64,000 nt of DNA from Desulfomonilia bacterium. GTDB taxonomy: Bacteria > Desulfobacterota > Desulfomonilia > UBA1062. Position numbers and translations under genes: made by a program. The stretch's first letter is position 1. Each line of letters begins with the position of its first letter. Below are positions 40,900-50,496 of the stretch, in pieces. A model generated the notes under the pieces. The model was not told where the DNA came from. It saw nothing but the letters and a program-made list of their open reading frames with translations, and made no database searches. The stretch is taken from contig CAXXDQ010000007.1 of the NCBI GenBank assembly GCA_963664325.2, forward strand, positions 544,001-608,000, read 5' to 3'.

Positions 40900-41706
40900 C
40901 TATCTGTGATCTGGATTTCCTCTTTGTGGCTGGTCATTAGACTGCTGGTGTTGCGTTCTCCCCTGATGCTGCTGGCCACGGGGTTGAGAAATCTGTTGTT
41001 GCTGCTGTTTTTGGTATTGCTGATTCCGAGGCTGATGCTGCTGTTGACCCTGTTGCCCATTTTTCTGGTATGGTTGCATAACCTGTTGTTGACCTTGTTT
41101 GTATTGGTGTATCTGCGGTTGCTGGATCTGAGTTTGCTGATGTTGCGGCTGTCTCTGCTGTTGATATGGCTGCACCCCTGGTCTCTGCTGATATTGTTCC
41201 TGCCTGTGCTGTCTCAGTTCCTGTCTCTGCTGTTGCGATTGAGGCTGGTAGTGCCTAACACCCCATGTTTCCCTTTCCCATACCCTGTTTTCATGCCAGG
41301 TTTTCCAGTTCTTCTGAAGTTGCCGGTCGGGAATCCGCTCATAATACCACCAGTGTCCATGCCAAGCGTGTCTCTTGTAGTATCCTCTCCAGTCAGGGTC
41401 TACATCATAATAAAATCTTGGGACATTGCCATAGTAAGCCCAACCACGATCATAGTAATGTGAACGGTACCATCGACCTTCCCATGGGCGCCACCACCAG
41501 CCATCCCAGAAAAATATATCAATATCTATACCGGGAACAGCATAAACATCGTCTGTATCAGGTATTACCACCACTTCCGGAGGCGTCTCAAATACGACAA
41601 GCGGCGGCAGAGAAATTCCTATATTTATATCTACCCCCGCCATTGCCTGAACAGGAACAACACTGGTCAGTGCCAGAAGCATTGATCCAAAAATTAATTT
41701 TTTCAT
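40900..41706 (-). CDS. secreted Trp/Tyr-rich protein with Gln-rich low-complexity C-terminus
   Basis: RBS AGGAGG, signal peptide, FFWDGWWWRPWEGRWY segment, and a Q/H/P-rich tail of about 75 residues. Confidence 0.75.
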   Translation of the reverse strand: MKKLIFGSMLLALTSVVPVQAMAGVDINIGISLPPLVVFETPPEVVVIPDTDDVYAVPGIDIDIFFWDGWWWRPWEGRWYRSHYYDRGWAYYGNVPRFYYDVDPDWRGYYKRHAWHGHWWYYERIPDRQLQKNWKTWHENRVWERETWGVRHYQPQSQQQRQELRQHRQEQYQQRPGVQPYQQQRQPQHQQTQIQQPQIHQYKQGQQQVMQPYQKNGQQGQQQHQPRNQQYQKQQQQQISQPRGQQHQGRTQHQQSNDQPQRGNPDHR

Positions 41707-42130
41707 TTCGTTGCCTCCTTTTCTCCTATCATCAGAAAACCGCATCTTCCGAACCTGCAGTTTTAATTTGCGGGCCTCCTGATGATTTGGTCTAAAAACC
41801 GACCCTTTTAACAACCTGAAACTGCCTTTTTGCTGTCAGGCTGCAGTATCCGGTTTGGTTCCCGCGCATTAGTTCCTTCCCTTTCAAGATGAGGGAATAT
41901 TACTGCAACGTTGAACAGTCAATGATTATTACTTTAATAATTTATATGTTCAGTAAAATTTAACAATTGGGATAACTTTTCCCTCTTATGGGAAATTATT
42001 TTCTTCAATATTTTCTGATGCCTATGTTTGTCTATATTCAAATGGCTGTTTTCAACATGTTACAGGTACAGGTTTATGGTTTAAACTGGCCGTCTCTTTG
42101 CATAATAATTTTTTCGAGGAGGAACCAATA

Positions 42131-44492
42131 ATGAAGCTTTTACAAAATTCAATTTTTCTCATGATGTTAACAGTCTTTTTAATCTGTTCCGGTTGTGCAT
42201 CCAAGAGCGACGACAATACAGAGAACTCAACAGGTTCATCTGAAAACACCGGTGAAGTAACAACCACGGATGCCCTTTATGCAGGCGCGGGCAAGGCCGA
42301 TGTGACCGGAACTCCTGCAATGGTAATCTTCATGGGCATGGAGGAACCTACCCAGAAGGGTGAAGGGCTGCTTATGCGGTCTTATGCCAGGGCTTATGTT
42401 TTCAAGCAGGGAAATAAAAAGATAGCCTATGTCACTTCGGATCTCTGCATGGTCTTCCAGGGCGTCAGGCAGGCCGTAGTCAGGGTGCTGAAGAATGAGG
42501 GCTGGACTTATGACAATGTGATGCTCCAGGGAACCCACACACATGCAACACCAGGCGGAACATCACTTGTTCCCATGTACAACGTCCCTGATAGCGGCTT
42601 CATAAAGGAAAACTTCGATGTGCAGGTAAACGGCATCGTCAAGGCCATACGCGATGCAGAAGCAGCCATTAAACCTGTTCCTGTAAGCATAAACGAAGAT
42701 AATCTTTTCCAGTGCGGATGGAACCGCTCACCCCGTGCCTATATCAATAATCCCCAGGCGGAAATCGAGCATTACGGGCATGTCTCTGACATCACCAACA
42801 TAGATAACGAAGCCGGCTTTTCCAACATCGAGAACCTCGATCCGGAGGATCGTGAACACCTGGAAAACGGCCTGTCGACCGGATACGTTGATGGCATTGA
42901 CTGGAACAACACCAACAAGCGCATGATCCTATTAAAGATAGGAGACAGCGCCATGGTTAACTGGTTCGCCCTTCACCCCCACATCTCTGGGCGCATTTTT
43001 CCGCTTTGTATCCGGCGACAACAAGGGCTATGCCGAATCCCTATGGGAGCGGCAGTTCCCGGAAATGATCGGGGCATTTGCCCAGGCCAATTGCGGGGAT
43101 GTATCTGGCAACATCATGTATGGGCCGCCCAGCAAGACGGGCATTTATGACTGGCAGCATACCAGAGAACTGGGCAAGCGCCAGTTCGAAAAGGCCGTTG
43201 AACTCTACCGCAACGCCAATGGCCGTGAACGGTTGGTTTCTCCCATAATAGACTACCGCCATATTTTTATAAATATGGCCGCTGTAAAGAGCGAAGACCC
43301 CCAAAACCCTTGGCAAACGACCAAGGCAGCCATGGGCGGCCCATGTACAGCAGGCAGCACCGAAGACTCCGGGTCTCCCATCCCGCTTTACCGAGAGGGC
43401 ATTACTGTCGATGACCTGAGCCCGGAAGGTGCAGCCAATCTCAGCGAGCGCTTCATGGCATTTCTGCTGCCCAATCTGCTTGGCCTGATAACACCCGGGG
43501 CCATAGAGGCTGTAACCGATGAATACAAAGCGACCCAATATCCAAAGGTGATCCTCATGGCTAACGGCTTTATCCCGTGGACGGCAAAGGATGGCGACAC
43601 GGGAGAGGATGTAAAAACCACCTTCAGCCCTGAAATTCTTCCTGTCCAGATATTCAGGATCGGTGAACTGATCCTGTGCTCCATGCCGGTTGAGGTCACA
43701 ACCATGGCAGGCCGTCGTATCGAAAACACGATCAAGCTGATCTTCAACGGCGACAGTGACGGAGATGGCTGGGCCGATGAAGACGGCCCTATCCGCTATG
43801 TAGTGGTGGCCCAGTGCACCAACGAATATGCCGGTTATCTAACAACCTATGAAGAATATCAGAAACAGTATTATGAGGGGGCCTCGACCATGTTTGGTCC
43901 ACACGAGTTGCAGGCCTTCCAGCAGACTGTCGCTACCCTGGCCCGGTCCATGAAGAACGGTACCGCTCTTGACAAGTCTAACGAACCGATCCCTCCCTAC
44001 GCAGACGCTTCCTGGATGGCCGAGTTATCCTTGGCCACTCTTAACTGGCCTCTCTTTGACAGGCAGAGCGCCCAAACTCCCTTCGGCGGCATCGTCAATG
44101 GTCCCTATTTCGAGGTTGACCCGGATGGTACACGTTACCTCAAACTCAAGGTCTGGGGCGCTTTTCCAAACCGCAACCTGATGACTGGTAAAACCTATAT
44201 GACGGTCAAGACTCCGCCCAGCTCCGCTTATTTGCAGGCACCCAGGAATTTCACATATACTGATACCGACCCGGAGACACGCTTCCAGTGGGAACAGGTA
44301 AACCTCGATCAGTCCTATATCACCCTCTGGTTCGACATGACCAGCCAGCCTAACAAAGGCACCTATGAATTTACCTACACATCAGAGGCCAAAACATTGA
44401 CGAACAAATCCCTGCCTATTCGAAAAAAATATACATTCAACATCGAAGACATAGGTACGGGTGCGTTACAGGTCAAGATCAGCGATTTCTAA
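42131..44492 (+). CDS. neutral/alkaline ceramidase family lipoprotein, +1 frameshift in C5 run at 42976-42980
   Basis: Lipobox CSGC; HTHATPGG, WNRSPRAY, WFALHP|TSL..SGDNKGYA, GDVSGN, EVTTMAGRR and YEGASTMFGP all match neutral ceramidase motifs. Confidence 0.88.
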
Positions 44493-44499
44493 ACAGCCT

Positions 44500-44533
44500 A
44501 GGCTGCCGGGGAAATATTCCGGCAGCCTTATTT
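44500..44533 (+). terminator. terminator after the ceramidase gene
   Basis: AGGCTGCCGG-N9-CCGGCAGCCT followed by TATTT. Confidence 0.7.
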
Positions 44534-44937
44534 CGCTTGGTAATAGTCATATTCCCACAATGAAGACCATTATCGCTATTTTTTCAGGAATTCCTGTTTC
44601 AGTCAACCCACCCTCTTAAATTAAAAAAGTTATCTTTATAATATGTAATATTTCAATTTTTCATTCTACAACTACCTCATTGCTTTCATGTACGAGTGGA
44701 AAATATTGTTTTCATTAGTAGAAAAACTTTCCTATGGAATGTTATGAATTACTTTTTACTTTTGCCAACTTATCGAAATAACAAGGAGTGCCTACTGGCA
44801 TTTTTCTTGCTTTATATTTTACAAAATATTCTATAGTGATTATGAATCATTCTTCAACATATTATGAGAAGAAAGATAGCTTCTTGAGTTTCTGCTTCCT
44901 GACCAGGATTTTGATTCTATCATGAGAGGAGATACAT

Positions 44938-46860
44938 ATGCAGATTGTACGTTTGAGGGGTTATGGTTTCCTTGGTTGTTTAATAGCACTATTTCTTGTC
45001 CTGCAGGGATGTAAATGGCAAGCCCCTGTTCTGGCAGATCCTTCCATTAAAGGGTCCAGTTCGCGTACTATAACCCTGGAGCATCCGATACTCTCTAAAG
45101 CAGGCAATCCTGCCGCTGTCGTACAGGCTTTCATTGGGCTCTCTGGTCAGATATCAGTGGACGGATCAGATGTCAGCGGTTCTACAGAAGGACCTGTGGA
45201 TGTTACTACAGGGGATTACCAGTTCAAGGGCCTGATAACGGGCGCAAGTTATGACATCATCGTGATCGCCAAAAACTCTTCCGGCTACTCGGTTAAAAAC
45301 CTGACCAACATCGTGCCGGCTGTTCCCGCGATTGATCCCGCCTCATATCAGCAGATCGGTACTGATGAAATGGGCCTGCTTCGCTGGTATCTCTCAATAG
45401 GTGACGATGACATATCGGATTTCAGCAAGATCCCGTCCTATGACGACAAGCAGACTGAGGGTTCCTCCTATAGGTATTCTCTTGCATTCATGACTTATTT
45501 CCTGATTCTCGAACAGTATCACAAGCTACCGGCCTGCAGTGAGATAATTAAACCCCGCATTGATCGGCTGATCCAGAAAATGCTCGACAGGCAGGTATGG
45601 ACCTACTGGGCCAATACCAGCCAGGGCGTCGAACTTCTTGAGCCTAAGATGAACAAACCATACCCGGAACAGCATGACCCTGTCGCAGACCAGAACATCA
45701 TGTATTCCGGCCACCTGGGTATGATGATCGCCTCCTATGAAATGCTCTACCGCGACATGAAATGGAGCCAGCCCGGTTCCATTGTCTTCAATTGGAGCGA
45801 TACCGAGAAATATATCTATGACAACTACTCTCTGCAGAAGGTGATGTATGACCAGATGCTTAACAATTCATATCATGGGATCGAGTGCGAGCCGAATGCG
45901 GTCTTTCCTGAATGCAACCAGCATCCGATCATAAGCTTCATGCTGTATGACTATGTACACAAAACCAACCTGGCCGATGTCCGCAACCTGTTCCTGGATT
46001 TTTTCTTAAAGCGTATGATGATAAACCCCGTGTCGCATGAAGTCTGTGTCAACTACCTGGTAAAACAAAATATAGTCGTCAGCCAGGAAAACCCCAATTT
46101 CGGGAACCTAGCGTCAATATATACGATACCAGAAGTCCTGGCTGGGAAACTGATTCTGCACGCAGCGGCGGCAGACGGGTGGACAGGGACTTTTATGCAC
46201 GCCTGGCAACCGGATTTCATAGAGCGTCATTACCCGTACCAGAAAAAGTTGCACGTTATAGAGCCCGATAGCCTGACAGCCCAGCTCGATGGGAAGAAAG
46301 AACAGGCCACCAACCAGCTTGCCACACCGTATTTCGCAATGCTGGCAGCAGAAGTGGGAGATACGGATACAAGGGACAAGCTCATAGCCTGGTGCAAGGA
46401 CTTCTACAAACCGACATGGGATAACGGAATGCTTCATTATCCGGCCAAAGAGCCTGTTAATGTAAATACATCGGGTGAATTCACACCCTACAGCAATGCG
46501 ACAACTGGCTCGCTGATAGCATTCGCAATGGCAAACTCAAAATACGGGGTATGGTCGCTTGTCAACAAGCCGTTTACAGACCAGAACTTCCTCGCCCCTA
46601 AAGTTTCAGGGCTGGACTTCCCCAATATACTTCTCAAACGGGCTGTCTACGACTTCGAAAAGGAGGCCCTTATATTAACAACTGTTGGCGGTACTGACCA
46701 GAGCGGCAGCACGTCAATTAACGTAACACAACTTGATCCGGGCAGGACATGGGAACTCTTTGTTGACGGGGTTTCGCAAAATAAATATACAGGAGTAAGT
46801 TCGATAACAATCGATGTTTCTCTTAGCGCTCAGCATGATATCACTTTGATCGCTGAATAG
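44938..46860 (+). CDS. linalool dehydratase/isomerase (LDI)-like lipoprotein, paralogue 1
   Basis: Lipobox LQGC; FN3-like N-domain; YRYSLAF, KML...VW.YW, DPV..QNIMYSGHL and CEPNAVFPECNQ correspond to LDI NIMYKGHL and CEPDNYFVQCN. Confidence 0.8.
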   Translation: MQIVRLRGYGFLGCLIALFLVLQGCKWQAPVLADPSIKGSSSRTITLEHPILSKAGNPAAVVQAFIGLSGQISVDGSDVSGSTEGPVDVTTGDYQFKGLITGASYDIIVIAKNSSGYSVKNLTNIVPAVPAIDPASYQQIGTDEMGLLRWYLSIGDDDISDFSKIPSYDDKQTEGSSYRYSLAFMTYFLILEQYHKLPACSEIIKPRIDRLIQKMLDRQVWTYWANTSQGVELLEPKMNKPYPEQHDPVADQNIMYSGHLGMMIASYEMLYRDMKWSQPGSIVFNWSDTEKYIYDNYSLQKVMYDQMLNNSYHGIECEPNAVFPECNQHPIISFMLYDYVHKTNLADVRNLFLDFFLKRMMINPVSHEVCVNYLVKQNIVVSQENPNFGNLASIYTIPEVLAGKLILHAAAADGWTGTFMHAWQPDFIERHYPYQKKLHVIEPDSLTAQLDGKKEQATNQLATPYFAMLAAEVGDTDTRDKLIAWCKDFYKPTWDNGMLHYPAKEPVNVNTSGEFTPYSNATTGSLIAFAMANSKYGVWSLVNKPFTDQNFLAPKVSGLDFPNILLKRAVYDFEKEALILTTVGGTDQSGSTSINVTQLDPGRTWELFVDGVSQNKYTGVSSITIDVSLSAQHDITLIAE

Positions 46861-46933
46861 GCTGTAATAGAGACGCGAATATGTATATATTTAAAATGGA
46901 AAAGAAATTCAGACACGATCTAGGAGGACAGTT

Positions 46934-48859
46934 ATGCGCATGAATTACTTGAAATCAATTAGTTTGTTTGTGGGTTTTATCCTGGCGATAACCTTCATGC
47001 CCGGATGTAAAAAGACAGTGGCTCCGGTTCTTAATGCCCTGAACCTTAAGGCGTTTAGCTCACGCACCATAACTATAGACCTGCCGACTCTTGCGACTGC
47101 GGGCGACCCTGCTCCGACTGTTGAAGCCTATATCGGGACATCAGGCTCAATCGCAGTAACCGGGTCTGATGTAACAGGGTCTTCAGAAGGACCGATAGAT
47201 GTATCCATGAGCGGTTATCAGTTCAAGGGCCTCACGACCGGAACCGGCTATGATATCATCGTTGTCGCCAAAAACAAGGGCGGGTTCTCGGTAAAAACAC
47301 TTTCTAACATCGTGCCAGCGGTACCCTCGATCGACCCAGCCTCGTATCAGCAGATCGGCAATGATGAAATGGGCTTGTTCCGCTGGTATCTCTCGGTATG
47401 CGACGATCCTCTGGACGACTTCAGCAAGATCAAGTCTTATGAAGATTCCCAGTTTTATCTTTCATCGTACCGCTATCCGATCGCTTTCATGACCTATTTC
47501 TTTGCAACAGAGCAGTATTACAAGCTCCCGGCCTACAGTGAACTCATTAAGCCCCGTATGGACCGCCTGATCCAGAAGATGCTGCTAAAGCAGGTGTGGC
47601 AGTACTGGGCCGTGCGCAGTAAAGGTGTGGATTTCCTTGAGCCGAAGATGGACACACCCTATCCTGAAAAGCATGACCCGGTTGGAGATGAGAATATCAT
47701 GTACTCCGGACACCTGGGGCACATGATCGGCCTTTATGAGATGCTTTACCGTGACCCGAAATGGGATGCCCCGGGTTCCATTGTCTTCAAGTGGAGCGAT
47801 ACCGAGGAGTATGTCTATAATAACTATTCCCTTCAGAAAGTGATGTACGACCAGATGATGAACAACTCGTACCACAGCATCGAATGCGAGCCTAACGCGG
47901 TCTTTGCCGAATGCAATCAGCATCCGATCCTTTCTTTCATGCTGTATGACCAGGTTCATGGAACCAGTCTGGCCGAGGCACGCAACCTGTTTCTTGACTT
48001 TTTCCTCAAGAACTCGTTCATAAACCCTGTTACGCATGAGACTGGTCTCCTTTGGCTGGTCAAGCAGAAGACCATGATAACCCAGGAATTTGCAAGTTTC
48101 GGAAACAGCCTTTCACTGTTTACAGTTCCTCTGGCCTGGCTGGGGCAGATAATTGTTAATTCCTCGGTTTCCAACGGCTGGAACGGTGCAATGATGCATG
48201 CCTGGGAGCCGGCACTGATCGAGCGCCATTACCCGTACCAGAAGTCCAAGCATGTAATAGATGAAGGCAGCAGTGCACATCTGAAAACTGAATGGATCAC
48301 CGACCAGATCGCCACGCCGTTTTTCGCTTTGTTGGCGGCAGAAGTAGGGGATTCGGCCACAAGGGACAAGTTAGTGGCTTGGTGCAACAGTTTCTACAAG
48401 GCCGAATGGAATAACGGCATGCTTGTCTATCCGGTTGGAGCTGATACCTACATCAATCAGCAGACAGACAAGACTTTCACCCCGTGGCCGCAGAACCTTA
48501 CAGGCGTACTTGTCGCATACGCGGTTGCCAATCCGCCTAACGGCATACAGACACTTCATAACAAACCGTTCACGCAGAAAAACTTCGATGCACCCAAGGT
48601 GACCGGCGTAGACTTCCCGAATGCCCTGCTCAAACGGGCGATCTATGACTTTGAAAAGGAAGCCCTCGTTTTGACAATACAGGGAGGCACAGAGAACCCG
48701 AGCGGCAACACGTCATTTAACGTAACACAGCTTGACCCGACCAGGTCATGGAGGCTCTTTGTGGACGGAGTTGCTCAAGATGAATATACCGGGGTGAGCT
48801 CGGTTACAATTACTGTGCCACTGGATGCACGGCATGACCTTGTCCTGATAGCGGAGTAA
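46934..48859 (+). CDS. linalool dehydratase/isomerase (LDI)-like lipoprotein, paralogue 2
   Basis: Lipobox MPGC; collinear with paralogue 1 end to end; NIMYSGHL and CEPNAVFAECNQ motifs. Confidence 0.8.
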   Translation: MRMNYLKSISLFVGFILAITFMPGCKKTVAPVLNALNLKAFSSRTITIDLPTLATAGDPAPTVEAYIGTSGSIAVTGSDVTGSSEGPIDVSMSGYQFKGLTTGTGYDIIVVAKNKGGFSVKTLSNIVPAVPSIDPASYQQIGNDEMGLFRWYLSVCDDPLDDFSKIKSYEDSQFYLSSYRYPIAFMTYFFATEQYYKLPAYSELIKPRMDRLIQKMLLKQVWQYWAVRSKGVDFLEPKMDTPYPEKHDPVGDENIMYSGHLGHMIGLYEMLYRDPKWDAPGSIVFKWSDTEEYVYNNYSLQKVMYDQMMNNSYHSIECEPNAVFAECNQHPILSFMLYDQVHGTSLAEARNLFLDFFLKNSFINPVTHETGLLWLVKQKTMITQEFASFGNSLSLFTVPLAWLGQIIVNSSVSNGWNGAMMHAWEPALIERHYPYQKSKHVIDEGSSAHLKTEWITDQIATPFFALLAAEVGDSATRDKLVAWCNSFYKAEWNNGMLVYPVGADTYINQQTDKTFTPWPQNLTGVLVAYAVANPPNGIQTLHNKPFTQKNFDAPKVTGVDFPNALLKRAIYDFEKEALVLTIQGGTENPSGNTSFNVTQLDPTRSWRLFVDGVAQDEYTGVSSVTITVPLDARHDLVLIAE

Positions 48860-48868
48860 CTGGATTTT

Positions 48869-49288
48869 ATGAAAAAGTCTCAAATCTGGGCATTGGTATT
48901 GGTATTGCTTGGGGTTATCGTGGTTTTGATCCCCTGGTACCTGTTCCCTGTCTGCGGTGCAGGACGTTATGCGCCCCCAGCAGGAACGATTGCACGCATG
49001 CACGGCTGCGACGGAACACTGAAGGCCGCTACGGTTCTGGGCGTGCTGGTGATGTGTACCGGCATTTTACCGCTGCTGGTAAAACAGTACTGGGCCGTGC
49101 TGGTGGCAGCTGTTTCAACAGCCATTATCGGAGTCCTGCTGATCCTTTTTCCTACTTCCATTACCGGCGTATGCAGGATACCTACCATGCCCTGCGTTTT
49201 CGGCACCAAGCCTGCCCTCATTATTGCAGGCATAGTGTTGCTTATGGCAAGCGGCATCGGCGGTCTGTTGATTAAGAAAAATCCATAA
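48869..49288 (+). CDS. DUF4418-like small Cys-containing membrane protein
   Basis: Four TM helices with FPVC..MHGC..GVC...MPC; lies directly upstream of an ABC permease. Confidence 0.7.
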   Translation: MKKSQIWALVLVLLGVIVVLIPWYLFPVCGAGRYAPPAGTIARMHGCDGTLKAATVLGVLVMCTGILPLLVKQYWAVLVAAVSTAIIGVLLILFPTSITGVCRIPTMPCVFGTKPALIIAGIVLLMASGIGGLLIKKNP

Positions 49289-50496
49289 TGACAACTGCAG
49301 GGCTTGCCTGGGGCAACCTTATCCAACGTCCATGGCGAACCGCCATACTGGTGATATGCATCGCCTGCCTGGTGGGGATGCAGCTTGCCGCCACTATTAT
49401 CGATCACGCCAGCCGACAGGGACTCAAGCTCGGATTGCAGAGGCTCGGGGCTGATCTGGTGGCAGTCCCGCGCCAATTGGACAGCAATCTCGTACAGGCA
49501 TATATGACCGGAAAGGCCGCGGTCTTTTATATGCCTGCCTCCCTTGAGCAGCGCATCCAGGACCTCGAATTCGTAAAACAGACCTCTCCCCAACTGTATA
49601 TCGAGTCACTTTCCAATGCGGCTTGCTGTTCATCCTGGAACGTATTCCTGATCGGTTTCGATCCACAGACCGACTTCACTGTCCGGCCATGGCTGAATAA
49701 GCATCGCGACATCCAACTGGGACCAGCCGATATCCTGGTCGGGGCGGCGATCCAATCCTTCCCAGGCATGGCTTACAAATTTTACGGCCAGACCTTCACA
49801 GTAGCCGGTAACCTTGACTCAAGCGGAATGGGCCTGGATTACTCGGTCTTCATACCCATGGCCGGGGTCAAACGAATGATAGCCGAGTCCGGGACAAAGG
49901 CTAAGAAACGTCTGGATATAGCGCCGGATCAGATATCGGCAGTGCTTATAAAGCTTAAAAGCGAAGGATTTGGCGGCCTTCCAGGATGGAAAGCCGCTTA
50001 CGAGATCGAACGCCTGATACCGGAGATCACAATCATTCGTCCATCTGATATCACAATCAAGGTCCAGAACAACCTGTCCGGTACTCTAAAAACTCTAACC
50101 ATGGCAAGCTTCGCCATATGGCCCATGACTGTTCTGCTCGTCGGTCTGGTGTTCATGATGGCCGTCCGGGAACGACAGCGCGAGATCGGCCTCATGCGGG
50201 CCATGGGCAGCACACGCCTGTTCATATTCAAAATGATCCAAATAGAGGCACTTATGATATCGATCCTGGGTGCTGTTCTGGGGCTTATAGTATCGTCAGG
50301 AATTGTAATCAGTTTCGAGCGCATGATCGCGCTGAAACTTGAAATTCCATTTACAGTACCGGGCAACTTGGAGCTTCTCGGTATCGCCGCCCTCTCCTTT
50401 GGATTGGCGGTGGCTACGGGTATTCTGGCAGCCATGATTCCAGCCCTGCGTGTCAGTGCCATGGAGCCGTACGAGGCGATCAGGAGGGCCGGATGA
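49288..50496 (+). CDS. FtsX/MacB-type ABC transporter permease
   Basis: RLGADLVAVP, SLSNAACCS, ERQREIGLMRAMGS and PYEAIR motifs. Confidence 0.9.
   Translation: MTTAGLAWGNLIQRPWRTAILVICIACLVGMQLAATIIDHASRQGLKLGLQRLGADLVAVPRQLDSNLVQAYMTGKAAVFYMPASLEQRIQDLEFVKQTSPQLYIESLSNAACCSSWNVFLIGFDPQTDFTVRPWLNKHRDIQLGPADILVGAAIQSFPGMAYKFYGQTFTVAGNLDSSGMGLDYSVFIPMAGVKRMIAESGTKAKKRLDIAPDQISAVLIKLKSEGFGGLPGWKAAYEIERLIPEITIIRPSDITIKVQNNLSGTLKTLTMASFAIWPMTVLLVGLVFMMAVRERQREIGLMRAMGSTRLFIFKMIQIEALMISILGAVLGLIVSSGIVISFERMIALKLEIPFTVPGNLELLGIAALSFGLAVATGILAAMIPALRVSAMEPYEAIRRAG

Noticed and set aside
40930-41250. CTG/TTG-rich quasi-repeats that could suggest a tandem repeat or CRISPR array
   Set aside because: No fixed repeat-spacer period; explained by poly-Gln coding. 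No CRISPR array or cas gene was seen in the window.
40906-41463. 185-aa Leu-rich plus-strand ORF resembling a membrane protein
   Set aside because: Reverse complement of the CAG/CAA Gln codons of the real minus-strand gene.
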